Source of the DNA: Marsupella aquatica
Taxonomy: Eukaryota; Plantae; Marchantiophyta
Length of the DNA stretch: 64,000 nucleotides
Direction of reading: 5' to 3'
Assembly: GCA_973895155.1 (NCBI GenBank)
Contig: OZ316895.1
Location: 22,270,558-22,334,557, forward strand
In this document: positions 25,983-38,100 of the stretch, one piece after another
Layout: each line of letters opens with the position of its first letter
Position numbering within the stretch: position 1 is the stretch's first letter
The notes under the pieces: model-generated
Databases searched by the model: none
What the model was told of the DNA's origin: nothing
The model's input: the letters and a program-made list of their open reading frames with translations, nothing else
Translations under genes and position numbers: made by a program

Positions 25983-27019
25983 ATGGCCGGTTTCCAGAAG
26001 TCGGCACCGGCTTCTGAAGATCGCGTGAACATTCCATTACTATTACGATCTCGTCCCCCAACTTCATCCACGGTGCTTTAGCAGAGCACTGAAGCTGCGC
26101 GTCATCGCCCCAGTGCTACTACTGTCTGCTCTTTCCGGGAACTGCCCCAACCAACACTCCTGTGGATGTGAAACAAATCTGCAGTAGTAGCGGGTCGAGT
26201 ATCTTACTGGGCATTGCGAGCTTTGAAAGATGAGTCGCTGGGTCCAAAATGCCTTACAAAAGAAAGAAAGAAGGAAAGACGGCAGAGGTGATTCACGGAT
26301 CAAACAGTACACGTTCGGAAATCAGATATTCTCTAGAAATCAGTACTGATTGCGATCATGATTTCATGATCTAACTATTCTTTTCCCTGACCATCTTGAT
26401 TCTGCAGTTCGCTGCGCGATGATGGTGTCGATCGAGGTTGGACATTATAAACTTAGAACTTTTGGCCCTTGTGTTGGAAACATCTTTGACTCGTTTTACT
26501 TCGCGCTGGAGGTGCCCAATTGTCGATCAGAACGGATGCGCTCTATTAAAAGTGATGTGGGAACAGCGATCTCTGGAGAGGATCGGGACAGCGGAAGTCG
26601 TCATTCGAGCGTCACAGGTTCTTCGTTTAATTTACGTACAGCTGCTCCAGTCGATCCGACCGCTTTCTGGACCAGCAGAACAATGCGCATGTTCATCCTG
26701 GTTCAGGATAGAATGATGTAGTGTCCGTAAGTTTGAGCCTCATTTCAGTCAAGGGCCTGTGACAACGCCTGACGAATTGGTCAATCAATCCATGTCGATT
26801 CATATTGGGTAATTGGGACGTACAACCAGACAGATTATTCCCATTTCCGGAAGAGTTAACTTTTTTCTTCGTGGTGGAACAGTATTTTGGCATAGGTATC
26901 GGAGCCACTGACTAGATCGTAGGCACCGCATTCTTCGCATTCTGTTGAGTTACATTAGGATGATCAAAATGCTCCACGTGGGGGCTTTTAAGCCCAGCTG
27001 CGAAATTACGACCGGCGCT

Positions 27020-28120
27020 TTGAGACCAATACAGGTAAACAACGCTGACTATTCAGAATGGTACAGACTGTCAAGCCTCACATAGGCCATTCTGTGTGGG
27101 TCACCAAGCAGGCCTTTGACATCACCAGAGAAGTCGACTCATACGGCCGAAAATTTCTCATTCTACAGACTCTCATCGATCCCTCATAATGGCCTGGCTG
27201 CCTTTCACATCAGCAGGGAAGATTCATCTGATCGAACCGATTGAGATGATACGCTTCAGACGACCGGAAGTCGATCGATCGACACCTGTGATGCCGCATG
27301 TGCCATGCTACTATTCGTTGTTGAAAGATTCAATCCCTTCACTCCAAACTGAATCGAGGGCTAGATCGATATGTATTGGTACATTGGTGCCTTTGGAGCC
27401 CAGCTGTGCCACATGTCCGAAAGTCTTAGAGCTCAAAACAGGTAAAATAAAACCCTTCGCGTTTAGAATGAGCGACAACCTGTCATGCCGCATATAGCCA
27501 GTATGTAATTTACTGAACAGCCCTTCCCGAGAATCACCAGAGACTTACGTAGACTCATCGGGACAGTCCGACTTCCAGTCAACATCTGTGAACGTTTGGT
27601 CGACCTCAGCTCAATTAGCAAAGGCGTTTCATCGGACAGGGACTCATAATTATGAGCGAAGTTAAAGACACCCTCTAGCTGCGGGTGAGATGTTTAGGGT
27701 GACTCTGAATGTGAGTGAAATTAAAGACAACCCCCGCTAGCTGCAAACCATGCCAGCGCTCAGAGCTCAAAACAGGAAAGCAACTCTCCATAATTTAGAT
27801 TGCCACAGATTCACACCCCTCATGTATACGTAGCCATTGCTCCGACTCTTGCCCAGCGCTCAGAGCTCAAAAACAGGTAAAAACCTTACCATTGATAATG
27901 CTATGTACAGACTCTCATCCCTCATATAGCAAGCGTGTAAATCATGAAACAGGCCTCTGATATTGACTCATCGTGACCGAAATGTTTCTCAGACGATTGC
28001 AAACTGTTGACACTGATATGTGAACGTTTAAATTTGGACGATGGGTCGACCTCAGACTAGCAAAAGACGTACAGAAGAGATATCTTATGAGCTCACGAGC
28101 TAATAAAAGACACCCTGGCA
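27020..28120. repeat. Old, diverged ~400-450-bp tandem duplication or triplication
   Basis: Recurring blocks: agagctcaaaacagg (27428, 27762, 27861), ggtcgacctcag (27598, 28044), taaagaca-like (27663, 27722, 28105), gactcat (27137, 27552, 27965). Confidence 0.65.
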
Positions 28121-29660
28121 TTTGACATGATTACTTCATGTTACTCTTCGTTCTTGAACAATTAAATATATTTGCTTCAATGACTGCACTGCTAAATTCG
28201 TGCATACAGTTCTTCTTACTGTTCGACTTGGTATCCCATATAATGTGAAGTCCAGGATCGATCAGGACTGCAAAGTTTCTTAGGCTACCCCTCAATCGAC
28301 CAGGCTGTCCCAGCGGAGAGTTCAACTGTGGACAAGTAATTGGCATTTCAAGCGATCGGACAAAGGTCTCTGATGCATATGTGAATATAAAACAATCGGC
28401 GACACATATATAAAAGGTCTTGGTTTGCAAACTATCTATCTACATGACAGCTGAATTTGTTGAACTGCAATTACAAAACTATGAAATCTCAGCTAGCATT
28501 CGGTTGGGCTACGAATCCGAGAACGAACTCCGCACGAGATGTCAAGTCCAGTCAAGTCAAACCTGCTTCAAAGAAATTTCGAGTGAAACAAAATGATCGA
28601 AGAAATCGATCTCAGCTATATTTATAAAAAAATATGGCCTCCAAGCACTGGAGGCAAGAATGAGAGCCTACACATGGGAAGGCCACAAGTAGATAAACTA
28701 CCGTACGTTGGCGAGCAAAATTTAGATGTGGTGCTCCACTGCGATTTGGAGGGAACCATGAATAGTAATCGACACCTGGCCTATGGAAGATCCTTGACCC
28801 GATTAAAGCAGCTGAGTGTTTGTATGGTTTTCGGACTTGGCATTTTCAACTGATTGCATGAATTATGTCTGTTCAATTCGTCTGGAGCATCCTCCCCTGA
28901 GCTCCTCCTCTGAGCTAGCTCCCCCTCATGGACCTGACGTTACAGGCTCGATCTCTCTCAACCCTGTCTGAACAGTCCACGCTATTTTCTGGGCCTCCAG
29001 ATTATAGATAATTTATCATATATTAGACAGGTCAGTGCCGTGTATGATTCCCACTTGAATTGTGCTAACTACCAGAACTAAATTTGTAGCCACTTGAACT
29101 AAATTTGTAGCCATAGCAGCTTTGAAGATAATAAATGCTCGGAAAGCTAGGAGTCGATCTCTTAAAAAGTGCTAAAATTTATACCAATGACCACGTATAC
29201 ACTAGAACTTTCTGGAGCACAGGGCTAATTAAGTGCGACTTTGAATCCAAATTCATGAAATAGATTCAGCACATTCTCATGATCCACAATAGCACTTCCA
29301 AGGAGCATGCGTACGTGCGTCATGTGGGATCTATCTTCAAGGAGCTCTGAATCTCAGATGCGCACTATATACATCCCTTCGCTCAGAGAAAAGCTATTTT
29401 CCTTTTGCTTCCTGGTAAAGCCCACGATCAGATTACTACTAACCTGACATTCTCGATGAATTAGATTTCTCTCCTGCTTGAGCCATAGTCGTATCCTGTA
29501 GGAAGAATAATTCAAGTCAAGTGGCTGGCTGCACTACATACTGCCAAGTTCGGAGTTTTGAGGAACTGGTAGAAGAATTGTCCAATGGTGTCGATGTACA
29601 CAATCGCATGTGGCCATTAGAAGCTTTGTAGTACTTGATTGATGAGGCGCGCAGGCCAGC

Positions 29661-32018
29661 CTAACAGCACCAAGCAGAAGACGTGAAAAGCGGCCGATCT
29701 TGCCAATTGAGTATCAAAGACCCTCGATCTTCCATAACAGTGAATCCCGTTCCATACGAGATACTGGGCAAATTCTTCACTTGAGCCATAGCTGCTTCTG
29801 AAAGTGACCGTTGCCGATATCCAGCTTTGGCCATTCGATTCCGCCAGTGCTGCAATCTCTCATGCCTCTCAACCCGATCTTTACCCTCACAAGCAACGAT
29901 GTTGATGATCGCTTGCCCAAGCAATAGCTGCTCTATTTTTGCCCGCTCTTGGCTAACCCTCGTTAAGGATGCCTCCAATGAGTCGAAGATCGCGGAATAG
30001 AAGTGCAACGCTTCCAGGAACCTGGCCAGAAAAGTGGGCGCGTTGTGGGTAGCTTCTTGCTCGAGAAAACTGAAAACTTTGGGACTCAGACTGTGAATGA
30101 TCGCCAAGACATGGTGCAAGCAGCTGCCATCGTCATACAAAAGTGTGTGCATTTTCACTGAACAGTTGACGGCAATCGCTTGTCCTGCTCTGTTAGTCAA
30201 CATCCAAGGCTTGAGATGTTCCAACCTTTCAATTGACACAGGCTGGAAAATGAAATTGAGATTCATTTTGTCTGCAAACTCCTTCAGCTGCCTTCCAGTT
30301 TGGTCATCAGTGGTGCTGACGGTCACCTGGACGCCAGTGAAATGAATCATTTGGGGAGGGCCTCCGTTCCTGGCAGCAAGAGCTTGGAGAAGCTTGCACG
30401 GGAGCCACAGAGACCCCGGCACCATGCCGAGGTCAATCCAATGAACGTCCTGCTCTCCTTCGAATGCTTCCAGAACAGTTTGAATGGCGGTCACATCGCC
30501 GAACCTCATAAATGGACACGCTTTCGAAAAGACCTGTAGTGCATCTAAGGTATCGGCAGCCGTGGGCTCCTTGATTTGAAGCGGGCGACTGATAACTGAA
30601 CCTGACCCATAGTTTGCTATGTGAGCCAACAGCCCATACGTGAAGTATGACGCCACTCGTTGTATGGAGTCGCCATGTGGGTTAACCAACTGGCTTAGCT
30701 CGTTGAGCAGAGACATTGCTTGCCCTTGCTGGTTACTTGCAACGGCATCTGCGCATCCGACGAGGAGATTGACTAGAAGGAGCCCACGATCCTGTTGACT
30801 ATCTGAGACTTGATCGTCCGGAGCCGCTTGGGGCACCAGCGCCTGCTGCGCTACTGACAGTGCAGTCCCAGCTTGATTGGGTGAGCTGGCAAGGTCTGTG
30901 AGTGGAGAGTTATGAAACCCATTGATCCCTCGTCTGGAAGGAGAGGAAGACGCAAGGGCAGACTCGGCGGTATGGGATCCATCCCAGCTATGCGTTTGGC
31001 CCAACTCAGTGCACAGCTGCTTAGCCTGCCTCATGGGAATCTGCTGAGGGGACGATTTTCTTCCCCTAAGTCCAGATAGGTTGCTCTGACCTGGGTAGTC
31101 AATGAGCGCCATGGACGCCGCTATGTCGCCTTCTGATTGCTTCAACAGCTCGTTTTGATGTTGCATCTGAGTCATAGCTGAAAGCTGCGACGCATCCAGA
31201 CTTGAGGAAATACTCACTCTTCGTCGGTGTTCTCCTCGTTTGATGTGGCCACCCTCCGTGCTAGCCACACTCAAAGAGTTATCCGAGTGAGAGGTTGAGA
31301 AGCTCTTCATCTCCTCTTGTAGCTGCGACTGCTGAATCGACTGGCCTTGCATCGGATGGAAACCCTGCGAAAAGCCCCCCATTACAACCGAGCTAGCGGG
31401 AGACGTGGGAATCACATTTCGACTTGGAGGTTGCATCGGGCTCCACCCCGTATTGACAGTCTGCTGCCGCTGCTGCTGTCCAGTGTGCGTCCGACCGTCT
31501 CGGCCCTCAACAGAATCCTTGTCATGGAAACCTTCCCACGAGCTCATAGCAGTACTGGTAGAATTCATCCCAGTCTGACTATATTGAATCGAATTCATGT
31601 CAGGCTGCTGGAGCTCCTCGTTGGCGCCATGAGGCGACCTTGGCTGAAGCCAGTCGCTGATATCACCAGTCGCAATTGAACCCATTCCGGCTGTGGTCGA
31701 ACTTGGGTCATGAACAAGATTTTGGTTACCGGTCAGTGGGCGTTGAAAATGCTTCAAGTTACCACTGCTGTTGCGCTGAAATTCACAACTAGTTTGCTGC
31801 TGCTGCTGCAAGTGAGATAAATCTGGATGGTAACAGCCGGCTTCGAAATTGCTACTGCTGCTGCTGCTATGATTGGTGGCATAATATGTCGACGCGGACG
31901 AATCCAACGCTGGATCATAATTGCTACTGTAATGTTCTATATAACTGAAACCGTTAAAGTTAGGATACTCAACCAGGCTTGTCTCGGAGACACTCATGCT
32001 TTCTCCAGGGTGAGTCAT
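29661..32018 (-). CDS. GRAS-family transcription factor (785 aa, intronless CDS); RAM1/RAD1/SCR-related subgroup by motif resemblance
   Basis: LHR1 LVNLLVGCADAV and GDSIQRVASYF; VHIID-like VHWIDL; PFYRE region EQEATHNAPTFLARFLEALHFYSAIFDSL; NIVACEG..RVERHE; terminal SAW; long Q/S-rich N-terminus. Confidence 0.96.
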   Translation of the reverse strand: MTHPGESMSVSETSLVEYPNFNGFSYIEHYSSNYDPALDSSASTYYATNHSSSSSSNFEAGCYHPDLSHLQQQQQTSCEFQRNSSGNLKHFQRPLTGNQNLVHDPSSTTAGMGSIATGDISDWLQPRSPHGANEELQQPDMNSIQYSQTGMNSTSTAMSSWEGFHDKDSVEGRDGRTHTGQQQRQQTVNTGWSPMQPPSRNVIPTSPASSVVMGGFSQGFHPMQGQSIQQSQLQEEMKSFSTSHSDNSLSVASTEGGHIKRGEHRRRVSISSSLDASQLSAMTQMQHQNELLKQSEGDIAASMALIDYPGQSNLSGLRGRKSSPQQIPMRQAKQLCTELGQTHSWDGSHTAESALASSSPSRRGINGFHNSPLTDLASSPNQAGTALSVAQQALVPQAAPDDQVSDSQQDRGLLLVNLLVGCADAVASNQQGQAMSLLNELSQLVNPHGDSIQRVASYFTYGLLAHIANYGSGSVISRPLQIKEPTAADTLDALQVFSKACPFMRFGDVTAIQTVLEAFEGEQDVHWIDLGMVPGSLWLPCKLLQALAARNGGPPQMIHFTGVQVTVSTTDDQTGRQLKEFADKMNLNFIFQPVSIERLEHLKPWMLTNRAGQAIAVNCSVKMHTLLYDDGSCLHHVLAIIHSLSPKVFSFLEQEATHNAPTFLARFLEALHFYSAIFDSLEASLTRVSQERAKIEQLLLGQAIINIVACEGKDRVERHERLQHWRNRMAKAGYRQRSLSEAAMAQVKNLPSISYGTGFTVMEDRGSLILNWQDRPLFTSSAWCC

Positions 32019-32224
32019 GTTGCAAACTAGTCCCTAGAACTTTCTCCTACTTCCCAGACTCCACCAGATTTACACCCTCTCACTTCCTCTACGTAAACAT
32101 CAATGTCGTCTTGAACTAAACTCGCTGACGTCCAGGCCAAGACAAATCAGAAATCTGATCTCCTCCTCGGTACCCTTCGATTCAACTTACAACGAAATGG
32201 TAGTGCTCATAATCGTCAGCGCAC

Positions 32225-33563
32225 CTGCAAACCACCAGCTCACGCACATGTCTTCAAGCTAATTTAAATGTGGGTCTGATCGAGCCGTTGTCGACTTAAA
32301 TTCTTCATCGTTGAATAACTGGGATGACAATTTTGAGCTGGCGATCCAAAGCAGTTTCTTTGAATCTCGGTCTAATATTTACTCTTGAAGCGATTCACCA
32401 CATTAATTTTAGAGTGTGTCACAAGCACACCCGGCCGCACGCCTGAACTGTGATCGATCGAGCACTGCTAGCTCAATCGGATTGTTGTGAGGGGATCCTG
32501 GAGAATGTCCACATACATAGATAGAAATGTCAGTGCTATATAGTCTCCAACGCCAAACCTGGGAAGTACTCTAGACTACCTTCAAGCATCAACCCTTCTG
32601 GAATTTCCATAGCATATGGCATGGTGGTCAATATAGCTATCAGCTAGCCGGCAGAGCTTGCACTAAACATGTTGTGATCGACTTAGTTTAATCCTGACTC
32701 AGTCCTTCACACCCATGCCTAGAACCTAGTCAGGCAGTAGGCCGAATCCTATTTAAGCAGCTTCTACACAATGCATAATTGTACATACGACCTGTGAAGA
32801 GCAAGTGTAAATTTAAGCCACTCGGTTTTGACACCTTCCTAAAGAATCTGATTATTCTACGTACCCGGGCATCCATTACGACATTGGTGTTAGATTTGTC
32901 AGTCACTAATGAATTCCTGCGAGGGGTATCTTCTTATTAGTCATTCTGAGATTTGATCCTCACATCGTTGCAGAAGGGTAGAGCAGCTTTGCTTAGCCAT
33001 ACCTAGCTAGACTAAGGAAGTAGATGCATGAAAGTAGTTCGCTCACTTACAATAATATCTCGTAAACACCAAGCATTACCCTGGAGGTAACTCTAGAAGA
33101 ATGATGGCAACGTCGCTGAGCAGACAGCGCCTCCCGAGAAATACAGCTTAGATCCTTTTCACCGGTACCGCTACATGGGGAGCTCGGTGACCGGTCGGCA
33201 AGGAACAGCTCAGCTGTGTAGTCATGCTCACATGCCCGTTCTTGAAGAACGCACACTCCGATCCCGTTCAATTGCAATCAGAATTCTTGCCAGACAATGA
33301 ACGAGCTCCTCATACGGTCTTCTCGTTAATCCTAGGTCTGGTACAGTGCTCGTTCAGTTTCACCTGGTTTTATTGATCGAGATATCGTGATTTCTACCTC
33401 TTGGTACCCTTCCGCTGCTGCCTATCGTATAGGCTAGGAAATCTAAGTGGGATCTAAGTATGACCCCGCTTGTGTATATCCGTATAACTGTGTCGTGCAA
33501 CAAACCCTCACGCTCTACAAACTACGTTTTTCCTTCGACCATTCAACTAACCGACTTACTCAC
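32225..33563 (-). other. Putative 5'-UTR intron of the GRAS gene
   Basis: Minus-strand donor CTG|GTGAGT at 33563 and acceptor TTTGCAG|G at 32225, about 200 bp upstream of the ATG. No transcript evidence. Confidence 0.35.
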
Positions 33564-34329
33564 CAGATCGACGCCCAGGCAACCAGGCAGGCTGAGAGAA
33601 ATTGATTAACCTTTTCAGTGCGGGACCGTCATTTGTGGCTTTCATGGCCAAAAGCAACAGCAACAACATTGGTCAGTGTCCATCCCCCCGGAAGTACTTT
33701 TCGTGACAAGCAGAAGCCAAGGCATAGTACAGAGCTGGGTGAGGCAGTGAAGGGAGGCGTGCAGGCCAATTTCGAGTCTACACACAACACTAGTCCATGT
33801 GTGTGCAATGTGTGAAATGTGTCTCCTAGAACTCGAAAACCTTTCCAGTCCAAGACAACAGCAGGCAGCCCTTATGGACGATGCACGGCGCGGTAAGAGT
33901 ATCGAAGTGAAGGGAAGGGGCTTAGGACCAAAATGTCAAAACGTGAAAATTCGAATCCACGTCGACAGCCGACTGCACCTCTGGATGCGTGAACAATATG
34001 TTTCCTAGCAATCGAATCGCTCACTCACAGTCAAAGACGTAAAGCAGCAGCAGGCGCCCATGCACGACGCGAAGCGAACCAGCGATCACACTGCCCGTAC
34101 ATGATGAAATGCCTTCCTTCCAAACCTTCTTTCACCAGTACTTTTCAAAACCTTCTTTCACCAGTACTTGTCTGCCCGCCTGCTTGCCTGCCTGCCGGCC
34201 AGCCAGCCAACGCCATACACGCTAAAGGTCTCGCAGTAACGACCAGCGAGCCAACGCAGAGACACATCGCCTCGCCTCGATTTTCGGCTGCGCCCGGTCC
34301 GGCTGCGCTACACAAAAGTTCCAAAAGTT

Positions 34330-34540
34330 CCAAAAGTCCGCTGGGAGAATTGCTGGGATCCGGAGTCGCGCGCGGATCGGAAGTCGGCGACGAAAAAAGT
34401 GTCGACTGCGGACTGCAGTTGCGGTAGCCGAGTCCAAAAGTTCGCTGGGAGAAATTGCTGGGATCCGGAGTCCCGCGCGGATCGGGAGTCGGCGACGAAG
34501 AAAGTGTCGACTGCAGACTGCAGTTGCGGTAGCCGAGTCC
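34330..34540. repeat. GC-rich ~104-bp direct duplication upstream of GRAS
   Basis: ccaaaagt.cgctgggagaa(a)ttgctgggatccggagtc.cgcgcggatcgg.agtcggcgacgaa.aaagtgtcgactgc.gactgcagttgcggtagccgagtcc at ~34331 and ~34434. Confidence 0.92.
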
Positions 34541-35051
34541 GACAATTGTAGCTCCATATTGTTTCTTTCGGTCGACCATATTCATACAGTATTGATTTCG
34601 CTTCGTCGCTTCCATCCCCGGCTTTCTGTCCCGTCTGATCAAGTGAAATCGGCCCGAAATTCTCGGAACCAAGCATGGAAGGCATGGTTCAGAAACGACA
34701 GTCCGAAAAAGAAGAAAACATGATTAGGGTCATAATTAAGGAGCTCGCTCGCAGCATCGCGTCGTCGCGTCACTCTATTCCCGTGATCAGCAGCTGATCT
34801 CCTCTCGTGACATCTCATCGAGTCTCGACGGCGGCGCCATGTCGTGAAGCCGAAGAATTTCGGGATTCCGATTTTGTGGTACATCACACTGCGAAACCTG
34901 GAGAGATCTCTAGACCTGGTGATGTGTTAGGATCAGGCTCTGGCGCTTTTGGCTTTGTGCTCCAAGGACTATATTTTAAAACGAAGGAGACAAGGGGCTC
35001 ACAGTCTATTTAATTAAACCACACACACCTGCCCTATAAATGACTAGGGGT

Positions 35052-35190
35052 AACCCTTAGCTCTCATTGTAAAGAGCAACCCTTAGCTCTCATTGTAAAT
35101 GAGCACAACCCAGCTCTCATTGTAACTAGCACAACCCATAGCTCTCATTGTAAATGAGCACAACCCAGAGCTCTCATTGTAAAGAGCATG
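35052..35190. repeat. 26-30-bp tandem repeat x5 with an internal inverted repeat
   Basis: aaccc(tt)agctctcattgtaaa(t)gagc(ac) occurs five times; gctct...agagc forms a stem in the canonical units. Confidence 0.9.
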
Positions 35191-38100
35191 GTTAAGTATG
35201 GACTTTGAGCTCCACAAAAGATGCAGGTGTTCCACCTTTTATGGTGAATAATGAGACATGGAATGAGACTTTTATAGTGGCAGATGTGATTTAAGGGAGA
35301 TTGCAAATTGAAAACTAGAGTACACTAGGGCTTACCCTAGTATTTACTAGGGCCCCTGAAATCAGCTCATTGTCCAGTGGTTTCCACTTACCAAAATGGT
35401 GCAGGCCGAATCCCTGGTCAAAAATCTCTGAATCCCATAAAAAGCGAACGGTCGGCGCACTTGGCATCTGCACCAAAAATTGGATTGCATTGGTGACCTT
35501 AAAGAATTGTCGGCGCCCAGTCAAAAAATCATCCACACCCAGTTAACACGAGGGAGCCTGTCAAACCCCATCTCAACCCAAAAGTCCTCTGGATTACCTT
35601 TGCCCAAAAGTTAGAATCTGGTCCGGGTCAAAGACACTGATTTCTTAGAGCTGCTGATTGAAAAAAAAGAGGGAAATACCAGGTTTGAGGCATCTTAGTA
35701 ATTAAATCATGATTGAAAATTAGGCTGCAGGCTTAATGTTAGAGTGAAATCTCAAGACACTGACCTTGGGGGCAGAGCTATGGTTGGGGTTGGAAAGTTA
35801 TGGAAATGGCCAAGATGGTCCCAAATGATGGTACTCACCATCTATTTATGAGCATTCAGTCATTAGTGGGAGTGAATTCCCAGATAGTTGTGAGTCCATG
35901 GACAATGCAAAATGACATGCAAGGGGGGAAATGAGTGGGCATAAGAGCCAGTCAGATCAAGGTAGTTGTGGCTCATACCCAGGCATCCCAACTTGCCTAG
36001 TCTGCCACACCTTTGGGACTTCTAGGCACACTGGTTGCCAAGGTCACAAGGTGATGTGCACATTAGATGGTTGAAAACTAGATGTTGGCAAAAAGCATTG
36101 TAAGAGCCACACAAGAACTTGGTCAGGGATTAGCTTGGGGACCAAGGTCTCACACACAAAAGGTATGGGGTATGCAAAGGTCTAGGTCTAGGATTCTAAC
36201 CCGAGAACTGATTGAAGATGCTAGCAGGATGCTTTAACCAACAGCCTAAATACAACCTGTAGTGCACATACACATCCCTACACAACATACATTGTATGTC
36301 ACACATGTACAAACGAAAGTACAAACAAACATAAGAGAATGGGTTACAAGTGGAACTCATGTACACACATGTCCAAACCCACAATAATCTTCAATGGATC
36401 TAGATAACAATCAACGTCAACAATACACGATCAATTTTGCCCAATCCAATCATACACGTATGTCAAGCCCAATGCACTTTGCACTCAAGGAATCGACATT
36501 ACACAGAAGGAGCTCTCAGCCACCATAGCCACAACTCAAGCTCCCCTCTCCAAAGCTCAACATCGAAAGATAACCTTTCGATGCCTCACAATGGGAGAAG
36601 CACTCTCCACACAAGCCCAACTGAACCCTATTGTCTCATATAACACACATAAAAAATGTACAAACCTAGATAGCACAATATGCTATAATACTACCTAGAA
36701 TGATGTGACAAACCAGATGACAATAAAAAGTGGGGTGGGGTACTCGACTACTGAGGAAAATCAATCAACAAACCCTGTCTGGTTTTCACCTAGAGCCTTA
36801 CCAAGACTAGCATATATTATACCAGTCTGTAGAAACAAAATAGAGGACAATGTATCCTACACTAATGTTTGTTTAATGACTCAATTTGTGCAACTTTGGA
36901 CAAACTTTCTAATAACTTTTTCAAGGATACAAGGCTTAAACATGCAAGCATCTTTGCAAATGTGGTGGAACCAATACCCTAAACTTGAATCACCAGCCAG
37001 GATGTACATATGAATCAGTTTAAATACATATGCATCAGAAACTGACTGAGATAGGCATCCTCACTGATTTGACCAGAGTTAATTACATGAGGTCAAAATG
37101 TTTTTAAGTGATCCAAACTTTTAGTGCACCAATTTTGGTTGGCAGAAACTTCTGTGAAACTTTGGTCCGCTAGTGGAAACTTTGAAGGTCCAATAGTTTT
37201 CCCCGTGTGACGTTTGGACCCAACAATGTACCAGTCATCTCTGGTTAACAGAGTTTATGATATATTTAAACAGAGTCAATGTTTAACGTCCTGAGCTAAG
37301 GTTTCACCAAACATCTTACCTCCTATTTAAACCAGACAGTAATGGTCTGCCACAAGTATGTTTGAATCTTGTTGGGACTCAGGGCAAACCAACCACACTA
37401 AAGAGTTTTGGGTTAGCAGGAATAGCAGGTTTCATGGCCGGGAATTCTTTTTTGTTATTAAAAACTTCTTCTTGGGTCCCCACTCGGGTCTTGCCATAAC
37501 TTAGGGCAGACCACTGCCAATTCAAAGTCCTAGTGTCTGCTATAAATCATACCCAACCATCATTGTTGAGTTTGAAGTGGGTTAGCAGGGTCATGATTGC
37601 GAGTCGTCCTGGAGTTTCTGTTGCTGAGTAAAAACAAGGGTCAAGATGTGTGAGCGGAGAAATACATAATGTCTAATGGTTTATATACCAAACACAAAGT
37701 TGTGTAACAAGGACTTATTTGATTCCAGCCCTGCTGTAATGGAGGGCATAGTATAATGGTGTTCATTGTTACATCTTTAGAGTCACCCAATTATGGCAAT
37801 AATTGGTTCCATGTTATATCTTGTTCACTATCCTTGCTTTTTGTCCACCCTCACTTTTCATTTTGTTTTTATTTAGAGTTGGCTGTCAGTTTTGTCCTTA
37901 TTGAGAGGCTTCACTGTTGACCCTAGCTAGCCCTGGAAGGGAACTATCCCGCTTTATTACTAGTAAGATGCTTAATTCAGAAGTGCCTTGTAATGATGTA
38001 AATGAGTGAAGGGCATCTATTCGAGCTCCTTTCCTGAGTCATGTTGTCTTTTTCTACTCAAGTTTCTTACCCTCTTAGATTCCCAAGAATCTTACAACTT

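Noticed and set aside
29661-32018. DELLA or miR171-targeted HAM identity for the GRAS gene
   Set aside because: No DELLA/TVHYNP motifs, and no miR171 site was noticed by eye.
34101-34685. Overlapping 108-175-aa ORFs upstream of GRAS
   Set aside because: Explained by high GC content and the 104-bp duplication; no recognisable domain.
36190-36720. LTR-like composition (also ~7040-7450)
   Set aside because: No TG...CA ends with a matching target-site duplication could be found.
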